Shown here: piece after piece, positions 15,351 to 24,107 of the stretch | Position numbering within the stretch: position 1 is the stretch's first letter | How the letters are laid out: the number at the start of each line of letters is the position of its first letter | NCBI GenBank assembly: GCA_947593585.1 | Contig: CANQDP010000002.1 | Span: 53,947-117,946, forward strand | Reading direction: 5' to 3' | Length of the DNA: 64,000 nt | Source of the DNA: an uncultured Clostridia bacterium | GTDB taxonomy: Bacteria; Bacillota; Clostridia; Christensenellales; UBA1242 | The notes under the pieces: generated by a model | The model's database searches: none | What the model was told of the DNA's origin: nothing | Seen by the model: only the letters and a program-made list of their open reading frames with translations | Program-made: the position numbers and the translations under genes

Positions 15351-18179
15351 ATGGCAATCTATAAATCTTCTTTTAATAAAAAGCCAGACAAACAATCGTC
15401 CGCGCCTAAAAAGGAAAAGCCAATTAAGCAAAAGCAAGCAAAAGTGAAGGCAAAAACAAAGGCAAATGTGCCACTAATATGCCTAATTGCGTTTGCTGTG
15501 CTGTTTTTGGTTTGCCTGCCACCTAATTTTATCAAGAATTTTGTGCTGGGGGTGTTTGGCTTGTCCGTCTATCCCGTTTGTTTGCTTGGAATGTTCTTTT
15601 CTGGGGCACTGCTATCAAAAAGGGAGTTTAAGTTAAAGAAGAGATATATCATCTATCTAACTGTCAGCGTGGTTATAGTTTGGTTTATTTTCCACCTTAT
15701 TCTCACTTCGCGCTTAGACACAGCTAGTTATGGCACATTCTTGAAGGAGACATATTTGAGAAAGACCACCGCCGGCGGACTATTGTTTAGTTTGGTTTCA
15801 TATCCTATCGTGAAATTGCTCACAGTTGTGGGGGCATATATATTCTCTGCGATTGCGCTTGCAATATTTGTTGGCTTGATTGTGGACTATGTGATTGTGG
15901 ATAGGCATGTTGGGCACAAGGAAAAGAGCAGATTTGTGTTTGACGATATTGAGGACTTTGAAGAGGCAAAAACCGTGGAGAAAACTGCCGAACTTGACCC
16001 TCAAAAAGAGGTGGCGCGCAGGCGTTTGGGGTTAGAGAAGGGAGAAACCACAATTTTATCTAGCACCATGCCAAATTATAATATTAATAGCAGACCACAG
16101 GCAAAACCCATGTCCAAACGAGATTATATTCTCACGCCTGTTGAGCCGATTATTCCGCCGGAAAATCCAAACGATGTGTTTTTAGATAAAACCACCGGCT
16201 ATTTCACCAGCAAAAAAGTGAACAACCAAAATCAAACAAAAAATGTTGAGCCTGTGGAAGAAAAAGAAGTTATTCCTCCACCTGTTCAGCCGATAATTGA
16301 GCCAGAATATGAAGAGCCGGCAGAGGAGCAAATTGAAGAGCCCGAAGAAGATAAATATGCGGATATTTTTGCCGAAGATGAGGGCTATGAAGAATTGCCA
16401 ACCGAAGAGCCAGAAGAAGAGAATTTTGCAAGCGAAGAGGACGAGCAAAGTGAACTTGCCGACTTAAACGAAGATGCACAAGACGGGCAAACCGCCTATG
16501 ACGAAATTGTGCCAAATGTGGAAGAGAGCGATTTCGTTGATGAATATGCTCAAACGGAAGATAATAGCGACCTTGGCTCAACTGTTGAAAGCGAAGTGGT
16601 GCTCCCAAGTGTGGACATTTCAAAATTCCACCTTCCGGGCACAAGCAAAAAGGTGGTGGCAGAAACCGAACAGGTGAAGATAGACGACATAAAGCCAAAA
16701 GAAGAAATCCCGCCTTATGTTGCGCCTCCTGTCAATTTGCTTAAATATATGGAAAACACTTCCAAAATTAGCGAGGAAGAGTTGCAAGAAAATGTTGTTC
16801 GCCTAGAGCAAGTGCTCGAGGACTTTAAAGTGCCAGCAAAGGTGAACAATGTGCAGGTTGGCCCAGCCGTTACGCGATATGAATTGACCATGCCAAGAGG
16901 CATATCTGTGAATAAAATTGTGCAGATGAGCGATGATATTGCCATGACGCTCGCTTCAAACGGCGCAATTCGTGTGGAAGCACCAATTCCGGGCAAAAAT
17001 TCGGTGGGCATAGAAGTGCCAAACAACCAAATCACGCCTGTGAGCCTGCGCGAACTTATTGATAGCAACGAGTTTAAAGTTAGAGCAAACCCACTTTCAT
17101 TCGTGCTAGGCAAGGATATTAATGGGGACATCATTTTCTGCAATCTAGACAAAATGCCGCACTTGTTGGTGGCGGGCTCTACGGGTAGCGGTAAATCTGT
17201 TTGCCTAAACACCATGCTTTTAAGTATGTGCTATAAGTCTGGTCCGCAAGACCTTCGCTTGATTTTGGTTGACCCTAAAATGGTGGAATTTTCCACTTAT
17301 TCTGGCTTGCCACATCTGTTAATTCCAGAAGTTATCACAGGCAAAGAAATGACAATCAACGCACTCGATTGGGCAATTAAAGAAATGGAGAGGAGATATG
17401 CTCTCTTTGCAAAAAACCATGTGGTGAACATAAACGAATTTAATAAGGGCGATGCTGTTAGGAGCAAGCGAGAGCAAAAATTGCCGTTCATCGTGATTGT
17501 GGTGGACGAACTTGCCGACTTAATGCTCGAAGCGAAGAAAGAAATTGAAGATAGAATTGCCAAATTAGCGGCAAAAGCCAGAGCGGCAGGCATACACCTT
17601 GTGCTTGCCACACAGCGACCATCTGTTGATGTCATCACGGGCACGGTCAAAGCCAATCTTCCAAGCCGTGTTGCATTTGCTCTCACAAACTTTATGGATA
17701 GCAAAACGGTGCTTGACGGTGGCGGTGCAGAAAAACTTTTGGGCAAAGGCGATATGTTGTTTAAACCACAAGATAAGCCAGAGCCTAGGCGTGTGCAAGG
17801 AGCATTTGTGTCTAATGAAGAAATTTCAAAAGTGGTTGAATTTATCAAAGAGCACAACAAACCTGTTTATGATGAAGATACGGGCAAAGCAATCAAAAGT
17901 CCTTATAAGGATAATGGTGGCGGAGGCGCTTCGCAAACGGGCGGGGATAAGCAAGAGTTTGACCCTGTGCTTAAGGACGCTTTATATATGTTCATTGAAG
18001 CAAAGCAAGCGAGCGGCAGCATGATTTCTAGGCGTTATTCAGTGGGCTTCAACAGAGCGGGCAGAATTATGGACCAAATGTTCCAAGCCGGCTTTATAGG
18101 TCCGCCAGACGGCTCAAAACCTCGACAGGTGCTTATCACAATGGATGAGTATAACGCAATCTTTGGAGATAAAGAATAG
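15351..18179 (+). CDS. ftsK: DNA translocase FtsK/SpoIIIE
   Basis: N-terminal TM segments and an acidic Glu/Pro-rich linker. Walker A GSTGSGKS, VVDELADL, and the C-terminal gamma domain (SMISRRYSVGFNRAGRIMDQM). Confidence 0.95.
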   Translation: MAIYKSSFNKKPDKQSSAPKKEKPIKQKQAKVKAKTKANVPLICLIAFAVLFLVCLPPNFIKNFVLGVFGLSVYPVCLLGMFFSGALLSKREFKLKKRYIIYLTVSVVIVWFIFHLILTSRLDTASYGTFLKETYLRKTTAGGLLFSLVSYPIVKLLTVVGAYIFSAIALAIFVGLIVDYVIVDRHVGHKEKSRFVFDDIEDFEEAKTVEKTAELDPQKEVARRRLGLEKGETTILSSTMPNYNINSRPQAKPMSKRDYILTPVEPIIPPENPNDVFLDKTTGYFTSKKVNNQNQTKNVEPVEEKEVIPPPVQPIIEPEYEEPAEEQIEEPEEDKYADIFAEDEGYEELPTEEPEEENFASEEDEQSELADLNEDAQDGQTAYDEIVPNVEESDFVDEYAQTEDNSDLGSTVESEVVLPSVDISKFHLPGTSKKVVAETEQVKIDDIKPKEEIPPYVAPPVNLLKYMENTSKISEEELQENVVRLEQVLEDFKVPAKVNNVQVGPAVTRYELTMPRGISVNKIVQMSDDIAMTLASNGAIRVEAPIPGKNSVGIEVPNNQITPVSLRELIDSNEFKVRANPLSFVLGKDINGDIIFCNLDKMPHLLVAGSTGSGKSVCLNTMLLSMCYKSGPQDLRLILVDPKMVEFSTYSGLPHLLIPEVITGKEMTINALDWAIKEMERRYALFAKNHVVNINEFNKGDAVRSKREQKLPFIVIVVDELADLMLEAKKEIEDRIAKLAAKARAAGIHLVLATQRPSVDVITGTVKANLPSRVAFALTNFMDSKTVLDGGGAEKLLGKGDMLFKPQDKPEPRRVQGAFVSNEEISKVVEFIKEHNKPVYDEDTGKAIKSPYKDNGGGGASQTGGDKQEFDPVLKDALYMFIEAKQASGSMISRRYSVGFNRAGRIMDQMFQAGFIGPPDGSKPRQVLITMDEYNAIFGDKE

Positions 18180-18204
18180 GAGCAAGATTTCTTGCCCCTT
18201 TTTT
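18179..18204 (+). terminator. ftsK terminator
   Basis: Stem ggagcaag/cttgcccc (one mismatch) followed by a T6 run. Confidence 0.5.
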
Positions 18205-18266
18205 GTGGTTGAAAACTATCACAAACAACAATAGAGATTTATCGATTGAAACAATAAAAATTATCC

Positions 18267-18295
18267 TTGCAAAATGTTTTGCGTTGTTGTATAAT
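18267..18295 (+). promoter_or_regulatory. tsaD promoter positioned for a leaderless transcript
   Basis: TTGCAA (18267-18272), 17 nt, TATAAT (18290-18295), then 6 nt (ataaac), then the ATG at 18302. No SD. Confidence 0.55.
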
Positions 18296-18301
18296 ATAAA
18301 C

Positions 18302-19297
18302 ATGAAAATTTTGGCTATTGAATCAAGTTGTGATGAAACGAGCTGTGCCGTGGTGGAAGACGGCAGAGTGTGTTTTTCAAACATTGTTTCAAGCCAGATA
18401 GACATTCACACCCGCTTTGGCGGAGTTGTGCCCGAAGTGGCAAGCCGCAATCACATAACTGCCATAAGCAATGTGGTGGCGCTCGCACTTAAAGAGGCAA
18501 ACTGCACATTTGCAGATATTGACGCCATTGCGGTTACTTATGGTGCTGGGCTTATCGGTTCGCTTTTGGTGGGGGTGAGTTATGCAAAGGGGCTTGCTTA
18601 TGCTCTAAAATTGCCACTCATTGCGGTCAACCATATTTATGGGCACATAGCAAGCAATTATTTGACATATAAAAATTTAGAGCCGCCTTTTATCTGCCTG
18701 CTTGTGAGCGGTGGGCACACTGCAATAATTAAGGTGAAAGATTATAATCATCACGAAATTATTGGCAACACGCTTGATGATGCGGTGGGTGAATGCTATG
18801 ATAAAGTGGCGCGCGTGCTTGGTCTTGGCTATCCGGGTGGGCCAAAAGTGGATAAATGCGCACTAGAGGGCAAGGCTAACATTGTGTTCACAAAGCCGGA
18901 TAATCTTGGATATAATTTTAGTTTTAGTGGCAAGAAAACTGCAGTCATAAACTATATTCACAAACTGCAGCAGCGCGGGGAAACACTGCCGATAAATGAC
19001 ATTTGCGCGAGCTTTGAAAAGTGCGCAGTCGATGAATTGGCTGAGAAGGCAATAAAGGCTTGCAAAAACTTTAAAATTAAAAAAGTGGTTATCGCGGGAG
19101 GTGTGAGTGCCAATAGGGAATTGCGGGCAAAACTAACAAAGTTGGCAATAGAAAATGGTGTGGAGTGCTTTGTGCCAGACATGCAATATTGCACGGACAA
19201 CGCAGCGATGGTTGGCAGCGCGGCCTATTATCAATATAAGGCGGGCATTGGCATTGCCGACTTCACTCTCGCACCAAACCCAAGCCTGAGTTTATAG
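18302..19297 (+). CDS. tsaD: tRNA N6-adenosine threonylcarbamoyltransferase TsaD
   Basis: MKILAIESSCDETSCAVV..., GGVVPEVASRNH and the SGGHT motif. The upstream extension in the ORF track is not supported by homology. Confidence 0.95.
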   Translation: MKILAIESSCDETSCAVVEDGRVCFSNIVSSQIDIHTRFGGVVPEVASRNHITAISNVVALALKEANCTFADIDAIAVTYGAGLIGSLLVGVSYAKGLAYALKLPLIAVNHIYGHIASNYLTYKNLEPPFICLLVSGGHTAIIKVKDYNHHEIIGNTLDDAVGECYDKVARVLGLGYPGGPKVDKCALEGKANIVFTKPDNLGYNFSFSGKKTAVINYIHKLQQRGETLPINDICASFEKCAVDELAEKAIKACKNFKIKKVVIAGGVSANRELRAKLTKLAIENGVECFVPDMQYCTDNAAMVGSAAYYQYKAGIGIADFTLAPNPSLSL

Positions 19298-19305
19298 GAG
19301 AAAAA

Positions 19306-19851
19306 ATGGTTGAGTTTAAGGGAAAATTTGATGAAAAAGTGCAAAACAGCGTGGAGAAACGCTCGTTTAAAACTGCGTCTATAATCATTGCAGTGTTTAG
19401 CGCCGTTTTGCTATTATTGGGCGTGATTGGCTTGGTTTGGGGCGAGGACCATGAGGACTTAGTGTATTCAATTTATTGCCTCATGTTGGGCGTGCTGTTT
19501 TATCCTCTTTATTTGATTATCTACGCCATAATGCGCAAATTTATTAAGCCAAATACGGCGCTTATCAGCAATGAAACAGAGCAACAATTTCAATTCTTTG
19601 AAGATAGATTTATCTGCTCGCAAATTAAGGGCGATGAGTTTAATGATTTTATGCAAGCGAAATATAGCGTTTTGTTTAAAGTGATTGAAACTAAGGAGCA
19701 ATATTTCTTATATATTTCACGAGCGCAATGCTTTGTGGTGAACAAGGCCGATTTGACAGCCGGCTCAATAGAAGAATTAAACAACACTTTATCTCTAAAT
19801 TTGGGCGAGCGATTTAAGCGGCTAAAAATAAAACAGCAAGAAAAATTTTAA
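19306..19851 (+). CDS. YcxB-like membrane protein (two TM helices plus a C-terminal beta domain)
   Basis: Two adjacent hydrophobic helices, then QYFLYISRAQCFVVNKADL. The architecture matches the 50155 gene product. Confidence 0.5.
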   Translation: MVEFKGKFDEKVQNSVEKRSFKTASIIIAVFSAVLLLLGVIGLVWGEDHEDLVYSIYCLMLGVLFYPLYLIIYAIMRKFIKPNTALISNETEQQFQFFEDRFICSQIKGDEFNDFMQAKYSVLFKVIETKEQYFLYISRAQCFVVNKADLTAGSIEELNNTLSLNLGERFKRLKIKQQEKF

Positions 19852-20135
19852 AAATTTCAAAAAATTAGCAAAAAATCCGCAAAAAACAATAAAAAATAAG
19901 GAAATTTTAAAAATTAATAAAAAATTAATTTAAAATTGATTTAAGTGCAATAAAAAATAATTAAAAATATTAAAAATTGATAAAATAATAAAAAATTTAG
20001 AAAATTCCACAAAAAAACAATAAAAAAATAATTAAAATTATAAAAACTAGCAAAAAAATAATTAAAATTATAAAAACTAGCAAAAAAATAATAAAAATGA
20101 TAAAAAATTAATGAAAAATATGGGAAAATAAGAAA
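19852..20135. repeat. About 285-bp block that is roughly 90% A+T, made of helically phased A-tracts and including a perfect 30-bp tandem duplication (20029-20058 / 20059-20088)
   Basis: About 27 runs of 4 or more A on the plus strand, with starts spaced 7-13 bp apart (mean about 10 bp). The unit taattaaaattataaaaactagcaaaaaaa is repeated twice exactly. Confidence 0.85.
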
Positions 20136-20645
20136 ATGGAAAGCACAATAGAAAAATGTAAAAATTATGTTTACAAACATAAAAAATATGTTAAAATGTC
20201 TTTCGACCTGCTCATGCCAGAAATTATCAAAGAATTTAATTTGACAGATATCCAGCAAAAAGAGATAGAGCGCCAAATTGAGGTTCACGATAATTCAAAA
20301 TTTGATGATGATGAACTTGAACCTTATGCAAACTATTTTTTTGGGGATAGAACGGACGAGGCGATAAAAGAGTTTAAAAAGGCGTCAACATTGCACAAAT
20401 TAAAAAATCCGCATCACCCAGAATATTGGCTCAATCGCGAGCAAGAAATGCCGCTCAATTTTGTGATAGAAATGGTTTGCGATTGGTGGGCGTTTAGCCT
20501 TGCGCAAAATTCGCCAACAGAAACGCTAAAATGGTATGAGGCTAACAAACAGAAGTTAAATTTGCCAGCGAAAACCACCGAACAGGTTGAGAAAATGCTA
20601 GAGATTATTAGGCAATACGCAGCAAAGCACGCGTTGCCAAGATAA
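20136..20645 (+). CDS. Hypothetical HD-like protein (resembles DUF5662)
   Basis: IEVHDNSKFDDDELEPYANYFFG ... LHKLKNPHHPEYW ... MVCDWWAFS. The family assignment is from memory of the motif. Confidence 0.45.
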   Translation: MESTIEKCKNYVYKHKKYVKMSFDLLMPEIIKEFNLTDIQQKEIERQIEVHDNSKFDDDELEPYANYFFGDRTDEAIKEFKKASTLHKLKNPHHPEYWLNREQEMPLNFVIEMVCDWWAFSLAQNSPTETLKWYEANKQKLNLPAKTTEQVEKMLEIIRQYAAKHALPR

Positions 20646-20739
20646 GCAAATACGAAAAAAAGAAAACATAAAAAAGCGGGCAAGCCTAGGCTTATATTTG
20701 CGAAATGAAATGGGGCAATTATATGGCATCCTGCGATAT

Positions 20740-20814
20740 GCTCTCATGGTGTAGTGGATAACACAATGGTCTTCGGAACCATTGAGGAGGGTTCGAGTCC
20801 TTCTGGGAGCACCA
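20740..20814 (+). tRNA. tRNA-Arg (anticodon UCG)
   Basis: GCTCTCA/TGGGAGC acceptor, anticodon arm ATGGT-CTTCGGA-ACCAT, GTTCGAGTC T-loop, encoded CCA. Confidence 0.85.
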
Positions 20815-20844
20815 AATTAATATGCTTGAAATTGATGAAAAAAT

Positions 20845-20870
20845 AAGGATGAGCGCATCCTTATTTTTTT
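20845..20870. terminator. Bidirectional terminator (tRNA-Arg / purB)
   Basis: Stem aaggatg/catcctt followed by a T run. Confidence 0.6.
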
Positions 20871-20872
20871 GA

Positions 20873-22315
20873 TTAATCGTTAAGTTCTTGGATTTTGTTG
20901 GTGGCATCTTCCGCAATCTCAGTTGCAAGGCCGATGTAGGAAGATGGAGTTAGATCATTTATTTTTGGTTTGTCTTCTTCCAAAATTCCGTCTGTTTTTC
21001 TCACAAAGTCTGTGATAACTTCTTTTGAAACTCGTCTGCCACGGGTTAATTCTTTAAGCAAGTTGTAGGCGTCTGGTCTGCCACTTTTTCTAAGAAGAGT
21101 TTGAATAGGCTCTGCCAAAACTTCCCAATTATTGTTTAAATCTTCTGCAAGTTTTTCTTTGTTTACAGACACTTTGTTTAAACCGCCAATGGTTTGCTCT
21201 ATGGCTTGCAGAGAATATCCAAAAGCAATGCCGATGTTTCTTTGAGATGAAGAGTCTGACAAATCTCTTTGCATGCGAGAGCGTGGCAACTTGTTAGACA
21301 GGGCGGTGAAGATTGCGTTTGAGATGTCTATGTTTGCTTCACTATTTTCAAATCTAATAGGGTTAACTTTATGTGGCATTGTGCTGCTGCCAACCTCTGT
21401 TTTCACAGGGATTTGCTTGAAATATTCCATGCTGATGTATGTCCACATGTCAATATCTAGGTCTAGCAATATGTTGTTGAAGTTGCGCACGGCATCAAAT
21501 ATGTGGCACATATAATCATGATTTTCAATTTGTGTTGTGGTTGGGTTGAAATTTAAGCCCAAATATTCTTCAATGAATTTTTTTGAAAGTGCTTGCCAAT
21601 CTTCTTCAGGGAAAGCAACAGTGATTGCCGAGTAATTGCCTGTTGCTCCATTAAACTTGCCATTAGGCTTAATCCTTCTTATCTCTTTCAAAGATTCCAC
21701 AAAGCGCGACACAAAGACAGCCATTTCTTTGCCCAATGTGGTTGGCGTGGCAGGCTGACCATGTGTGTGAGCGAGCATCGCAACGCTCTTGTTTTCTTTG
21801 GCAATTTTTGCAAGGGCTTCAACCAATTTAATTGCTGCAGGCATCCAAACATCTGCTATGCCGCTTTTAATCATTGTGGCGTATGAAGTGTTGTTTATAT
21901 CTTCAGAGGTGCAGCCAAAATGAACAAAACTTATCAAATTGTCAAAGCCAAGCTCTTTTAGTTGTTCGCCCACAAAAAGCTCCACAGCCTTAACATCGTG
22001 ATTGGTAACCGCTTCAATTTCTTTAATTCTAGCAAATGATTTGCCCGAGAAATTGTTGCTAATTGATTCAATTTCTGCCATGTGCGATTTGTCAAAACTT
22101 GCAAGTATTTGTGAAGATTTTATGTTTTCAAGCAAAAATTTCAACCATTGCACTTCAACGCGAACTCTGTTTTTGACAAGCGCATATTCTGAAAAGTAAG
22201 GAGAAAGAGCCTTGCCAATCTTGGAATATCGTCCATCCAAAGGGCAAAGGGCCAAATGCTCAGGAGCAATTTCCGGATTGGACATCTCCTCATTTTTTAT
22301 AGTTTTGTCTGTCAT
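20873..22315 (-). CDS. purB: Adenylosuccinate lyase
   Basis: GSSTMPHKVNPIRFENSE signature. 480 aa. SD aggagg. Confidence 0.95.
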   Translation of the reverse strand: MTDKTIKNEEMSNPEIAPEHLALCPLDGRYSKIGKALSPYFSEYALVKNRVRVEVQWLKFLLENIKSSQILASFDKSHMAEIESISNNFSGKSFARIKEIEAVTNHDVKAVELFVGEQLKELGFDNLISFVHFGCTSEDINNTSYATMIKSGIADVWMPAAIKLVEALAKIAKENKSVAMLAHTHGQPATPTTLGKEMAVFVSRFVESLKEIRRIKPNGKFNGATGNYSAITVAFPEEDWQALSKKFIEEYLGLNFNPTTTQIENHDYMCHIFDAVRNFNNILLDLDIDMWTYISMEYFKQIPVKTEVGSSTMPHKVNPIRFENSEANIDISNAIFTALSNKLPRSRMQRDLSDSSSQRNIGIAFGYSLQAIEQTIGGLNKVSVNKEKLAEDLNNNWEVLAEPIQTLLRKSGRPDAYNLLKELTRGRRVSKEVITDFVRKTDGILEEDKPKINDLTPSSYIGLATEIAEDATNKIQELND

Positions 22316-22341
22316 TCAAACCTCCTATTTGTTATGACGAT

Positions 22342-22370
22342 ATTTTAGCGCGCTTAATTCCGCATGTCAA
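22342..22370 (-). promoter_or_regulatory. purB promoter
   Basis: Minus strand: TTGACA (22365-22370), 17 nt, TAAAAT (22342-22347). Short leader. Confidence 0.55.
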
Positions 22371-22423
22371 TATGATGCTGTGAAAATTCGCCTTGGCAGG
22401 CAGTTTTTTAAAACAAAAAACGC

Positions 22424-22452
22424 TTGACAAATTTTAGATTAGACTATAAAAT
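22424..22452 (+). promoter_or_regulatory. Promoter of the 22485 two-gene unit
   Basis: TTGACA (22424-22429), 17 nt, TAAAAT (22447-22452). Confidence 0.5.
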
Positions 22453-22484
22453 GTTTGTAATAAGTTTTTTTATGAGGAGATTAT

Positions 22485-23789
22485 ATGTTGGTTGATTCTT
22501 ATTATGACAATAAGCATGTGGAGAGAAAAGTTGAGTTCAATTGCAGAATAACAACTGTGCCCAAAACGGATTTTATCATAATTGAGCACCCTGCAAGTAA
22601 GGACAAAAAAGCACTTCCAAGCAAAGCGCTGCTTAGAAAGGGCAAGTATGGCTATGAATTTTATCAATACATCACAAATTATAAGTTTCATGATGATGTG
22701 CTGGCTGTTCAAAACCTTGACGGAGTTTATCAATTTGCAGAGAAGAAATATAAAAAAGCCAAAAACATTCACGGTGAGGATATTTCTGAAATGCAGTGGG
22801 AGTTATCTCGCCCAACTTCAAATCACAAATTTGATAGGTTAAGTTTTGCAAGCAAATTAGATTTTTCAAGCAAAGATGCGCAAGAGTGCACAGAGTGGTT
22901 TGTTGCAGAAGCTCATGGCAAAAACATGGTGCTAGACCGCCACGGGCGAGCAATGATTAAAACTAAAGATATAATCCAGGGCTTTGACCCAGAATCTAGG
23001 ATGATTTTAACCAAAACAAAGCTTACAAACAAGCAAAAATTAGTTTCTAGGACGGGTGAAGTGCTGGCAAAAGGTGATAGAGTTTATGCTTGTCTTGGTG
23101 GATTTGTCACTTTCAATAAATCACAAAATAAAATCACTTTCACAGATAAGTTTAACCGAACTCATGAAGTGCTGGCGGCAGATAAAACTTATAAAATTAA
23201 CAACATAGACATAAGCGAAGTTTCGCAAGGCTGCGTGCGAATTTCAACAGGCATTGCAAATGTTTACTTGGATTGTGCGGGCAGAGTTAGCGAAAATGCC
23301 ACAAATTCAAGCAAAGATTTATATAGATTTTTAATTTTAAAAGGGGACATTGGCTCAATCAGCACCTCTGCTTATGCCGACCCACGCTTTGCCGAGGCTA
23401 TTGTGCGCGAATTGCAAAATAGGTCGTCTGTGGATTTGTCGAATTGCATAAATAGTGTTAGGACAATGGCACAAAGTGCCGAAATTTACGGTTCGGGGCA
23501 ACTTAGAATTTTGTCTAACATTTTGCAGGCTGTGAACGCCACTATCAATTTGGGCGAGTTGCAGGCGAACTTAAACACAGTGAAAGAGCAACGCGAACGC
23601 TCGGGCAAAAAGTTAGAGCCTGATGAAAATTCGCGTTCGGCAGAGAAAAACTTAAAGATTATAGAAAGAATTATTCATGACCCTGAATTTGCCAGAGAGC
23701 AAATTAAAAAGTGGGCAGAAGAATTGCACTTCAACAGAATGATTGAAGCCGGCGCTAAAAGAGGCGGACAATTAGTGGGGGATGATTAA
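22485..23789 (+). CDS. Hypothetical protein, 434 aa
   Basis: SD gaggag. Possible weak WG/KWG-like repeats (KGKYGYEF..., LDGVYQFAE). The helical C-terminal third has no catalytic motif I recognise. Confidence 0.6.
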   Translation: MLVDSYYDNKHVERKVEFNCRITTVPKTDFIIIEHPASKDKKALPSKALLRKGKYGYEFYQYITNYKFHDDVLAVQNLDGVYQFAEKKYKKAKNIHGEDISEMQWELSRPTSNHKFDRLSFASKLDFSSKDAQECTEWFVAEAHGKNMVLDRHGRAMIKTKDIIQGFDPESRMILTKTKLTNKQKLVSRTGEVLAKGDRVYACLGGFVTFNKSQNKITFTDKFNRTHEVLAADKTYKINNIDISEVSQGCVRISTGIANVYLDCAGRVSENATNSSKDLYRFLILKGDIGSISTSAYADPRFAEAIVRELQNRSSVDLSNCINSVRTMAQSAEIYGSGQLRILSNILQAVNATINLGELQANLNTVKEQRERSGKKLEPDENSRSAEKNLKIIERIIHDPEFAREQIKKWAEELHFNRMIEAGAKRGGQLVGDD

Positions 23790-23794
23790 TTAAT

Positions 23795-24088
23795 ATGGAA
23801 AATGAAATAGATGAAACAGAGGAAAAGAAATTAAACACGGCTGATGAGTTTGTAACCATAAATTACGATGACGGGGAGGACACGGACGAAATTGAAGTGT
23901 TGGAACCATATTTGGTGGAAGCACTAATTGATGCTCGGCTAAATAAGGCAATTTCAAAATTTGTGGAGCACATCAATAAAGATGGGGACACGCGCACAGA
24001 AGAGCAAAAGAAAGAGGATATTATCCCTGAAGAAAAATTATATAATAAGCCGATTAAAGAAGTGAATGAAAAAACTAGCAAAGGCTAG
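23795..24088 (+). CDS. Hypothetical highly acidic 97-aa protein
   Basis: Starts 5 nt after the preceding stop. The Asp/Glu-rich sequence (DDGEDTDEIEVLEPY) has no motif I recognise. Confidence 0.5.
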   Translation: MENEIDETEEKKLNTADEFVTINYDDGEDTDEIEVLEPYLVEALIDARLNKAISKFVEHINKDGDTRTEEQKKEDIIPEEKLYNKPIKEVNEKTSKG

Positions 24089-24096
24089 TTTTTTTG
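24073..24096. terminator. Bidirectional terminator (23795 gene / cadA)
   Basis: Stem aactagc/gctagtt followed by a T8 run. Confidence 0.55.
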
Positions 24097-24107
24097 ATGG
24101 GGTGCTG

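Noticed and set aside
16182-17860. Several long antisense ORFs inside ftsK (88-187 aa)
   Set aside because: They lie opposite a strongly conserved coding frame and the Glu/Pro-rich linker, without SDs or promoters. This is typical shadow-ORF behaviour.
19941-20288. 115-aa minus-strand ORF (poly-Phe/Ile/Asn), and the thought that the AT-rich block might be a CRISPR-like array
   Set aside because: The ORF is simply the complement of the A-tract block. There are no constant-length repeats separated by unique spacers and no cas genes, so it is not CRISPR. Only one 30-bp unit is duplicated.
22316-22370. Expectation of a purine riboswitch upstream of purB
   Set aside because: The promoter lies only 25 nt or so from the SD. 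No aptamer-sized leader exists.
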